Part shown: positions 12,890-22,462 of the stretch, piece by piece
Layout: every line of letters starts with the position of its first letter
Position numbering within the stretch: position 1 is the first letter of the stretch
DNA from: Callorhinchus milii
Lineage: Eukaryota
Direction: 5' to 3'
NCBI RefSeq assembly: GCF_018977255.1
Contig: NW_024704771.1
Span: forward strand, 806,001-870,000
DNA length: 64,000 bases
The notes under the pieces: generated by a model
The model's database searches: none
What the model saw: only the letters and a program-made list of their open reading frames with translations
What the model was told of the DNA's origin: nothing
Position numbers and translations under genes: made by a program

Positions 12890-14310
12890 TGGGGATGAGA
12901 GCAGAGACGATGATAGACAGCATCAGCCCAGGTAAACATCTCACATCCTCTGATGTTTAAAATGTCAATGATGTACATTTACTGATGCAAAAGCTGACAG
13001 TCTGTCATGAACAAGGAATGTCTCTGAGGGATTCCACCTGAATATGACAAAGCTGTGCATCAGCCCGGCTCAGTCTGTAACACTCTCACACACACCAGGA
13101 CTTTCAGCTCACAGTCTCGGATGACCCTCTGGTCCAGAGCTGAGGGAATTAATATAAGGTCCTGTCTGTGCCTTTTCAGGTGAATGTAAAAATCTCACAC
13201 AACTAATGAATAGAGAACTGTCTCTGTTACAAGAATCAAATCACTAAAGCTGGTCTGTCAGGGCTGACAGATTCTCCCATTCTGTCCTGAGGAGCAGTCG
13301 CTGCCCACACACTGTCTGTGCCCCACCCGCACTCCCGCCTGCAACTGTCCTGCTCCTCGAGCCCCTCACTCCTCTTTGTGTTAGTTTCCTGTCTCTCTCA
13401 GCTCCGGCCTCTCCGACTCTGGATCCTGATACCAAGACTCCGGGTGTTTGGACGATAGGGATCGACACCAAAATAAGTTTTGAAAAGGTTTCCGTGGGCC
13501 TTCGCTGTGTGTCCTCCCGTGGGCTCCCCTCTCCTGTCACACTGAGCAGCCTCACCATCCTCACTGGCCTTCACAGGGGCCGGGGATACCCACTGTCACT
13601 CAGATTGTTTGAATCACTGATTCACTATCTCCTGTTCCTGGGATTCAAACAATTACAATTTATTGGTGTTTTACAATAAAGCAGTAAATGCCGGGAACCA
13701 CATTGGAATGACACTCAGCTGGAAATTCCGGCTCTCCAGACGGGATCTCCCCCATTGGTCCGGCCTCGAGCCGGAGGTTCAGTGTAATGAGCCACTGTAG
13801 CCGCCAGACAGCACAATCAGCACCAGCACCGCAACAGCTCGTCTGGATTAACATCATTCAGAGCATCAGAGGAACCTGACACCCAATGTGTGGGAGCAAA
13901 ACGTGAGCCATCTGTGTAAAGCTCATCGCCAGCTCGTCTCTGTGCTCGTGTTGGGAGAATCTGACTTGCCATCCAGTGTGTGACTCACACGCTCTGAGAC
14001 AGGGATATATATCGCTGATATCTTTCTCTCCAGCAATGCCCAGTCTCACAGTCGGGGCTGTGCTCAGAATCTCACTGAAATCTCCCAAATCACTTTTATA
14101 TCTATAAACAGGTGCCATGTTGTTCCCCAGTGAGCGGCCGCGTCTCACTGTGTATAAACACTGTGTATTTTCAGTGACAGATTTTATAATCCGTAACATT
14201 TTTCACTCACTGTAACAATCTTTAACCTTCAATAAACCGAGGTCAACTGGATATTAATATCCAAAATATTGTCGTTCACTTACAAAATACTCGATCAATT
14301 TACAATAAAT
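12890..14310 (+). pseudogene. TRIM-like 3' remnant (penultimate exon end, PRY exon start, 3' UTR)
   Basis: ...MIDSISP with G|gtaaac donor at 12931 joins in phase 1 to ctctctcag|CT at 13402, giving SISP-APASPTLDPDT, then degenerates; AATAAA at 14231-14236; second copy at about 55465-56890. Confidence 0.45.
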
Positions 14311-14374
14311 TTGTTTTGTTATTATTTTATATCCAATGATTGAACACAATCTACACACACTCCTCACCCTCTGA

Positions 14375-14830
14375 TACACACACACCCAACCCTCACCCCC
14401 TGATACACACACACACCCCTAACCCTCACCCCCTGATACACACACCCTAACCCTCACCCCGATACACACACACCCCTGACCCTCACCCCCTGACACACAC
14501 ACCCTGACCCTCACCCCTGACACACACCCTGACCCTCACCCCACACACACCCTAACCCTCACCCCTGACACACACACCCTCCCTCACCCCTGACACACAC
14601 ACCCCTAACCCTCACCCCGACACACACACCCGACCCTTGCCCCCTGATAAACACACACACCCCTAACCCTCACCCACACACACCCCTAACCCTCACCCCT
14701 GACCCTCACCCGACACACACCCCTGACCCTCACCCCCTGACCCACCCCTGACCCACCACCCCTGACCCTCACCCCGACCCACCCCTGACCCTCACCCCCT
14801 GACCCTCACCCCCTGACCCTCACCCCCCGG
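14375..14830 (+). repeat. Telomere-variant tandem repeat (CCCTAA/CCCTGA/CCCTCA interleaved with CA runs)
   Basis: Units like acacacacccctaaccctcaccccctg; paralogue at 56950-57455. Confidence 0.85.
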
Positions 14831-15059
14831 GGCTCATGGCCACACGGCCGCCGAGTTGGGAATGTCGGTGTTGGTGTAGAAAACCCCTTTGATGTGAAGC
14901 TGTTGATAGTCACAGAGAATAATAATGTATTTGATGTCATTATATTATACAATAAGTGATTGGATCTTCAATGAAAGGATTTCCCACTGAATATGTAATG
15001 TATATAACAGTATATGTGCCATTGCTGTTGACTATAGTGACTTTATACCATATTCTCAC

Positions 15060-15850
15060 CAGTTGGGGCGGAGGTGTCAGAGGGACTGTCGCTCGAGCGC
15101 GTTTCTGCCCTTCGGCGCTTCTGGAATGTTCCCGCCCTCCCCCCGCGCATGCGCACCTTCCCGAGTCTGGTCCCCGGCGGGAAAGCGCGGGAGCGCGGGA
15201 CCGAGTGACGGTTGGAGACGGGACACAGCGCGCACGCGCGGGAAGGCGGGGCCGCGCGAGACGGAGAGCGGCGGGAACAGTGCGCATGTGCCGACACCAC
15301 GTGACAGCGCTTTGGGCGTCAGGACCCGAGAAGAGCGCGAGAGTCGGTAAGTGAGGAGCGGAGGACCGACCCCGCGCTCCCCCCCGGACCCCAACACACA
15401 CACACACACAGTGACCGCACACCGACACCACACACTCCACACACCGGTGGGAGCCGCTGAAGGCGGGAAACTGGGCAGAGAAGCCGCACAAAGGCTGTGA
15501 CAGGACAGCGGAGCCGTCACCGCCCCTCACACAGACTGACACACACAGCGGGAACGGGAGGCAGTGGCTCCGGACACGGCTCTGGGCCTGAGAGCCGCGG
15601 TCTGACCACCTGCCACAGGCGGGAAGTGTGTGAAGGGACACAGTGGCCGCCACACACAGCGGGTCCTGGGGGTCACTGGTTTACCGCACACACCACACAA
15701 GTGCGGGAAGGGCGGACAGTGCTCGAGGAGCGAGTCCCGGCAGCTGCTGTCTTACCTCCCGCAGGAAGAGCTTCACACGAGGAGGAGGAGATGGCGTCGG
15801 TTATCTGTGGTGACGATTGGATGTCAATAGCGTTTGGAGTTGATTTGGGT
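15060..15850 (+). promoter_or_regulatory. CpG island and probable promoter with non-coding first exon of gene B
   Basis: CpG-dense; NRF1-like GCGCATGCGC at 15145-15154, E2F-like GGCGGGAAA at 15176-15184, GC boxes; consensus donor CG|gtaagt at 15346/15347. Confidence 0.7.
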
Positions 15851-16800
15851 TTGAGTTATAAAAGGAAATGCTGTTGAACAGTGAACAGATAGAGAGACGA
15901 TGCGGACACGTTTACGCCACAGAATTCGATAGAATTCAATACAATATAAATAGTATAATTTAAGTGTATCGCTGAAGCTGAAAGAGCCGTTGAAAGAGAA
16001 AGGAAACTGTTGTGAATCGGGACAAGAAAGTTGCACAAGAAAGTTTGTAAATGTATATTATTAAACAAACAAGAAATATTTTAAAAAGAGTGGTTTGAGG
16101 TCCTCTGTCCGTCTGGAAACAAAACCCTTCGGCTCTGCTTTTGCCCATCTCTCCCCTCCCCACCCCCTCAGCTCCCATTCCCCCCTCAGGTGCCCATCAG
16201 CTCTGTGAAGCGCTTTGAGCCATCATCTCGACATGAGGCGCTGTGTCAATATAAACTGTACTGTCACATCCCAAACTGGTCTCAGTGACTGTGAGGCTGA
16301 GAGCAGCTGAACTCACGGACTTGTTTTAAACCAGAAATATATTTCTTTGTTGATAGAATATATATTTACACTTTCCTCAAAAAGAAACAAATGCCATAAG
16401 AGAATGAAGAAACACAACACGTTATTTTACCATTACGGGACGTGACAGCCCCGACCCCTTGTGGTGGGGGGTTGGGGGGGAGGGGCTGCCATTGCGCACT
16501 CCACTTTGGTGGAGGGACCAAGGCTTCCCCTCCCCCCCCCCCCCCCGGGGATCTGCTGCCCGTTGCGGGATGTGCTCACATTTCTTGGGGGGAACGCTCC
16601 CATTAAGCACAGTCGGGAAACGCCCCGTGTGCACCACAGACATGTGTGACTGCACACACCCTGATAAGGGGCACTTCCATTTACAGATGTCACCCCAATG
16701 TGCACCGTAAACACATATAATTACACTAACAAAACACCCCGAGACATCGAACACAAACCATACACTGCAATAAACACACAACCAGTGAACCCCCTGTCAC

Positions 16801-17100
16801 TGTGTGAGGTTAGTGACTGAGCTCAGTCACTGTGTGAGGTTAGTGACTGAGCTCAGTCACTGTGTGAGATTAGTGACTGAGCTCAGTCACTGTGTGAGGT
16901 TAGTGACTGAGCTCAGTCACTGTGTGAGGTTAGTGACTGAGCTCAGTCACTGTGTGAGGTTAGTGACTGAGCTCAGTCACTGTGTGAGGTTAGTGACTGA
17001 GCTCAGTCGCTGTGTGAGGTTAGTGACTGAGCTCAGTCGCTGTGTGAGGTTAGTGACTGAGCTCAGTCGCTGTGTGAGGTTAGTAACTGAGCTCAGTCAC
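16801..17100. repeat. Ten 30-bp tandem units, each built around a 20-bp palindrome
   Basis: tgtgtgaggttagtgactgagctcagtcac x10; palindrome AGTGACTGAGCTCAGTCACT; seven more degenerate units at 59431-59638. Confidence 0.97.
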
Positions 17101-17348
17101 AGGATTAGCCTCTGGACATCGCCATCCCGGACACAGGTTTAATTTACTGTTAATAGTGAAGATTCTTCTCTTTCAATGCAAAACCTAAACAGGTCAGTGT
17201 CGGAAATTGTTTTCTGAAATGAACTATTATTTTACCATTAAAATAACGCCTTAACTTTACTGTGATACCAGTTACAGGATTCACTGGTTTCACTTTCACA
17301 TGTGGTGATGTGGAGTTTAGATATGAAATAAATATTCTCTATCGTCAG

Positions 17349-17424
17349 GTTTGTGTCAGTAGTAAAGCGGGAGCTCTGCAGTTAGTTTATTCCCAGTTTG
17401 TGGTTTAAACGCTGAGAATTGGAG
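17349..17424 (+). other. Candidate 5' UTR exon of gene B
   Basis: ctctatcgtcag acceptor and GAG|gtaagt donor; the two other copies have a GC donor (gcaagt); no transcript evidence. Confidence 0.35.
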
Positions 17425-17959
17425 GTAAGTGAGGAGGGAAGGGAATGGGAGCTCCTCTCTGACCTGCACCATGTTGGGGTGAATAAGGAGCGGCTGTGAG
17501 GAGGGGGAGGGGAGGGGCACATTACAGCAGTTACACATAACATGTTTCTTCCCCAGTCTGATTGCTGTCAGGTCACTGGTGTTTACAGTGTTTCCTGTGA
17601 AGCGCTTTGAGACGTCCCTGGATGTAGAAGGTGCTGTATTAGATGTCAGGATTATTATTCTCCGAGGTCACCTTGACAAGGGCTGAGGGTTGAAGCTCAG
17701 ACAAACAGACGGAGACTCTGTGTGAGTTTGGTGCCTGAACCAGCAAAACGTTCTACTGTTTCGAGTTAAAAGCAAATCAGTGTCAGAAATTGTTTCCCGA
17801 TATGGAAAGTTTATTGTGATTAAAAATAATCATTTTATTTTTACTGTTATCCCACTGACTTGGTTTAGCCGAAACTACAAGAGCAACTTATATATCGCCC
17901 TCCATGCAGAGCAGCGTCTCAGAGCGCTTAACAGTGGTGATGCCTGACTCTAAGCTGGG

Positions 17960-18290
17960 GTGAGGGGTGATGTAGCTGTCAGCACTCTTGTCCCTGAAAA
18001 AAAACAGCCCCGATCCACCCGCTCCACTATTGGCGGGAGAGCCTTGAGTCGCTCTGCCTCCAACTTCTGGAATTCCATCCTCCAGTTACTCTGCTTCACC
18101 CCCTCCTTAGCCTCTTCAAGTCCTGCCTCAAGACCCTCCTCTTCGACTATGCCAACGGCCACCCCCTTCCCCTCCCCTCCCTTCTCCGCCCCCAACCTCA
18201 GCTCAGGTCTGAAATGCTGTACATTGTCCAGCGCCTTAAGACATCGTCCCGACGTGAAAGGCGCTGTACAAATGTAATCTTGTTTTTGTT
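17960..18290 (+). mobile_element. L2 LINE 3' end
   Basis: STIGGRALSRSASNFWNS RT C-terminus followed by the gtgaaaggcgctgtacaaatgtaatc tail. Confidence 0.75.
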
Positions 18291-18642
18291 GAATCAAAGG
18301 GTTGCGGGTTCAAGTCCCACGTTAGGACTTTGACCTCACAGTTTAGGCTGATACTCCCCCTCGCAGTATATGCTGTGGGAACATAGCATTGTTGGAGGTG
18401 ATGTCCTTTGGATGTGAGGTTAAGCTGAGGTGCTGTCTGCCTGTCATGTGGATGTCAAAGATCCAAATTGCTGTTGTTGTCCCACCTGTTTCAGGCAATT
18501 ACGTTATTCCCCAATTTTGGAAGAACACTTTGTTCAAATGCTGATCTGGATTGTGACACAGATCTGGTGTTATTGTGTGTTATTAATTTATTATGAATTG
18601 TCTGTTGATTTCCTCGTGTTTCATTGCTCGATGTCCTGACAG

Positions 18643-18700
18643 ATGATGGAGAAGATTTTCATTGTGATTTTCCTGTTTGAGATTCCGGCTTCACTTTCTG
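18643..18700 (+). CDS. BTN-like gene B, signal-peptide exon (MMEKIFIVIFLFEIPASLS)
   Basis: cctgacag|ATG, 58 nt, phase-1 donor G|gtgagc; hydrophobic; joins in frame to the IgV exon; conserved at 60790-60847. Confidence 0.85.
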
Positions 18701-19728
18701 GTGAGCAACACAGTCATTTTCTGCCTAATCACTTTCACATTAACATTGCTCTTTATTACAGAGGCAACTAAAAGATTAGCTCACTTGTCAAAGTAGAGAA
18801 TAGTTTTGTTTCTGATAAAGAATCCACTCACTGTAACTGGAAGCTGGAGCTTGTAATCACTGCAGCTGAACCTGCCCCAGAAATGTATTGCTTTTATCAA
18901 CTTCCCTCAGTCTATCAGCCCATAACTGTGGCTGAAAGGTCCTCACCAAACCTGGTCTATTCCCAGCTTCTCCTGATCACCTCCCGTTGTTCAGTGGTGA
19001 ACAACTGTATCTCATTTGTGAGAGAAAAGATAATTCCTGACTGTGTTAATGAGCTGAACGAGAGGAAATTCTGGCTGTGTTTACTCTGGAGCCGTATTTC
19101 AAACTATATTTGCAAAGGTTGTGAGCTGTCCGTGTTCACAGAACTGAACTCCGAGAGTAAATGTATCAGGTGAAGCTGAGATGGGAAGATGGGAGGTGAG
19201 TATTCTGGGAAGATGAGGTCAAATGGGCTGAAGGACTTTCTTCATCTGAACCTCTCTTGTGATCGGGTGAAATGTGTCCACTGATGAGGATATAAACTGG
19301 TGATATACATTCACCTGTTAAATGATAACATTGCTGCACATTTCCAAATAACATATATTTCTGTAATAAGACATTTCATAGAATCGTAGAATCGTACAGC
19401 ACAAAAAGAGGTCATTTGACCCATTGAGTCTGTGCGGCTCTTTGAATCGAGTAATGTAAGGTCAATCTCACACCCCAGCCCTTTCCCCATAACCCTGCAA
19501 ACCTGTCCTCCTCAAATACCTATCCACCGCGTTTTTAAAAGTTGTTTTCGAAGTTTCTGTGCAGACTCAGGTTAGTTCATATCTCAGACTTTCAGGGCTT
19601 CCGGAAACCAGACCTGTAAACCCGTCAGTGACAGTGACACAAATAAACTATTGCAACTCATAGTTTCACATTTAAATAGAAACAAATCATAATAATAGTT
19701 CAATAATTGATAGTGTATGGTTCAATAG

Positions 19729-20076
19729 ATTCTTTTATAGTTAATGGTCCACGTCAGCCTGTCCTCACAGCTCTGGGGAACGATGTCACTCTGGGATGTT
19801 GGTTAACACCAGGAGTGGCTGCAGATATGATGGACGTGGAATGGAGTAAATCTGATTCTGGGGATGTGGTGCATTTATATACAAGTGGAGAGGATCAACC
19901 TGATGAACAACATGAAGCCTACAGAGGAAGAACCGAGCTCATTAGAGACGGGGTGACTCGAGGAAACGTGTCTCTCAGACTGAAGAACATGAGGTGCTCA
20001 GACCAAGGAGAATACACATGTTTTGTGAAATCAAGAACAGATTCTGATGAAACAACAGTGGTTGTGAAAGTTGAAG
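19729..20076 (+). CDS. BTN-like gene B, IgV exon
   Basis: 348 nt, phase 1-1; VTLGCWL, VEWSK, VHLY, EAYRGRTELIRDG..GNVSLRL, DQGEYTC are B7/BTN IgV motifs. Confidence 0.95.
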
Positions 20077-20599
20077 GTTTGTTGTGTTTAACCTGTACAT
20101 TTCCCTATTCTAAGCTCATATTCCCACCCCGTCCCAGTCAATATATTTGCCAACCTCCGAAATTCACCATAATCTCTACCAGAGCCCCGTGTGAACTGCA
20201 CAAAGTAATGATTTGTCATTCTGGCTCAATGTGGGCAATTGGCTGCTGCGTTTCACCCATGAAATGCGCAGTCAATTCACTGTACAGTGTATTCTGTGAA
20301 GGGCTTTGAAACATCTCAAAAATGTGATAAGGCTCTATATCAAGTGAAGGATTGGAAGGACTCTTGTTGTTTGGTTTAGAGTATTGTGGGTTGAAGCCCC
20401 ACATCAGCACCTGAGCTCATAGTTCAGGCTGATACCACACTCTGTCACTGAAGAACACTCAGTGTTAGAGGCTGACGTTTGGTGAGAAGGTAGTGTCCTG
20501 CAGATTAATTGGCCATTCACTTGACTGTAACCTTAACCTTCAAAACCTTAACCCTCGTAACCTTAACCTTAACCTTTGTGGAGGCCTGTAGCTCAGTGC

Positions 20600-20933
20600 T
20601 TGTGGAGGCCTGTAGCTCAGTGGTTAGAGCACTCACTTTGCAAGCGAGAGACCTGAGTTCAATTCCAGGTCAGGGCGAAACCTTGGGCAAGTTTCCTTAC
20701 TCCACACAGAGCCTAATAATAATCCCTCCAAAAACCAAAAACAATAATAAAATTGGTCATTTTCAATCTACGACTATTTGTGGGACATTGCTGTGCGCAA
20801 TTGGCTGCTGCGTTCGCCCACAAATATGCAGTCAATTCACTTTACAGTGTGTTCTGTGAAGCGCTTTGGGACGTCCTCCCGACGTGAAAAGCGCTATATC
20901 AAATGCAAGGATTATTATTATTATTATTATTAA
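20600..20933 (+). mobile_element. Full-length tRNA-Ala-derived SINE (head partly duplicated)
   Basis: A box tagctcagtgg, TGC anticodon-like loop tttgcaa, B box gttcaattcc, L2-like 3' tail ending in (att)n; absent from gene C. Other copies: 1-80(-), 31812-32126(-), 32840-33197(-), 34972-35291(+), 37169-37505(-). Confidence 0.9.
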
Positions 20934-21047
20934 ACAGTCACTACAGATGAGTAATGAGGTGTAAAGTACTGAATGTTTTGATTTGATTAGTTGTTACAAA
21001 AGTTCCTTCTTTGTAATTGTTGATAACACAACGTATTATTGTTACAG

Positions 21048-21323
21048 ACCGCAGACGGCTGCCCTTGATTTCCATGGCAGGTTACCAGGACTCGAGACTT
21101 AAACTCACCTGTAAATCAAAAGGCTGGTATCCCGAACCTCGTGTGGTTTGGTTTGATAGGAGTGGAGCAGAGGTGAAAGCCAAGACTGAAACATGCACTC
21201 AGGGGTCTGAAGACTGTTGGAAATGTGAAAGTAGCATTGATATAACCAGAGATTCTACAGACAGATTCACGTGTCTGACAAGAAACTTTCTGGAGGAAAA
21301 GGAGGTGAAGATCCAGGTATCAG
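21048..21323 (+). CDS. BTN-like gene B, IgC exon
   Basis: 276 nt, phase 1-1; LKLTCKSKGWYPEPRVVW and FTCLTRNFL are BTN/B7 IgC motifs. Confidence 0.92.
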
Positions 21324-21825
21324 GTCAGTGAAACATTTGGAAAAATATAAACACTTCAGTGCAACGTATTACAGTTCATATTGTGATGTGCAATAATCCA
21401 CAGCAGCTCCCAATGTTCAATCTGAGGCTTTCATTCTGATTTTCTTTCAGCCACTTTCATCATAGGATAGTTTGCTATTGTAATTGCAAATAATGAATTA
21501 CACAACAACAACAACAAGATTACATGTCTATAGCGCCTTTCACGTCGGGAGGACGTCCCAAGGCACTGGACAGTGACAGCATTTCATGTATTATTGAAAT
21601 ACATGAATTTAGTGTGTGTGGCTCTTCGCTGATAGTGTTTCCAGTCAGTTGTGGAGTCCTGTAGCTCAGCGGTTAGAGCCTCGCAAGCGAGAGACCTGGG
21701 TTCGATTGTCGGAGATGCTGTCCTTCAGATGAGATGTTGAACCGAGGACTTGTCTGTTCCTATTCAGGTGGATTTTAAAGATCCTCTGACACTTTTTATG
21801 AAGAGAAGGAAGTTTCTCCGGGTAT

Positions 21826-22321
21826 TGTTAGATCCGCGAATTATGTGTCTGTATTTGGAGAGAAAAAATCTGATACAAGTAAACTTAAGAAACAAAGAAT
21901 AGGTTTTTATTTCTACTTGTATACAGGAGCACACAATTGTTCCCGTATACAAATAGGATCTAATGTCTCCCTGTCAGACAAAAGATCCTCTTCTTCGGTA
22001 CAGTTAAGTTTTATACAGGAGTACACAAAAATACACAGAAGAGATGTTTTTCCTTACAGACCAATCAGGTTTGCTGCATGTTTTCCCACACTTCTTGCTT
22101 CAGCTAGTTTCAACTGTACTAATCTTGCAGTTTTGCTAGAAGGCCATTTCTATGTTATCACCCGCCGTTCCTTACACTGTGGCCTTCAGATAACGGAATT
22201 CAACATTAACAAGTCTAACCTACTTACTTATATCTGCTTAAAGGCGTTTACACAGCAATAGGCCAGGGCACAAGCTACGATATACAATTAAACATACCAT
22301 AACATCTTTTTCCTCTTATCA
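21826..22321 (-). repeat. ERV 3' LTR (496 bp)
   Basis: About 97% identical to 26522-27013 (roughly 11 substitutions and 3 indels by manual count); minus-strand TATAAAA at 22009-22015 and AATAAA at 21906-21911. Confidence 0.96.
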
Positions 22322-22334
22322 TTCCCTCCTTTTT
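22322..22334 (-). other. Polypurine tract
   Basis: Minus strand aaaaaggagggaa abuts the 3' LTR. Confidence 0.9.
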
Positions 22335-22462
22335 ATGGTATTTTAAACTGAAATTTATGTCCTTTTTCTTTGCATTACATGCAACCTTTAAGCATAACAT
22401 CAGTAGTCCGATCCTTCTGCAATTACTGGTTTTCGATCAGACACATCACAGGTGCTTATAGT

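Noticed and set aside
13858-14199. Conserved 113-aa minus-strand ORF occurring four times in part
   Set aside because: It is the reverse complement of the duplicated 3' UTR module; conservation reflects recent duplication, and starts and ends differ among copies.
14940-15877. Overlapping Arg/Gly/Ala-rich ORFs in the CpG island, including MASVICG at 15791
   Set aside because: GC-rich sequence is depleted of stops, there are no RING or other domain motifs, and the copies differ by frameshifting CA-repeat length.
16801-17100. CRISPR-like array of 30-bp palindromic repeats, and ORF 16804-17142
   Set aside because: There are no spacers, the units are head-to-tail and the context is a vertebrate intron; the ORF is just the translated repeat.
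19707-20309. 200-aa single-exon Ig protein as given by the ORF track (also 61672-62274)
   Set aside because: The N- and C-terminal extensions are intron read-through (the tail runs into a SINE); splice sites delimit a 348-nt exon.
20600-20680. tRNA-Ala(TGC)-like sequences as real tRNA genes (several copies)
   Set aside because: The acceptor stem is incomplete, and each head runs into a shared SINE body and L2-like tail.
21845-22261. 138-aa plus-strand ORF, repeated at 26541-26954
   Set aside because: It is the antisense reading of the two LTRs, has a GTG start and shows no recognisable motifs.
22335-22462. 3' accessory genes (retroviral cyclin type) between env and the LTR
   Set aside because: Only about 130 bp separate the env stop from the PPT.
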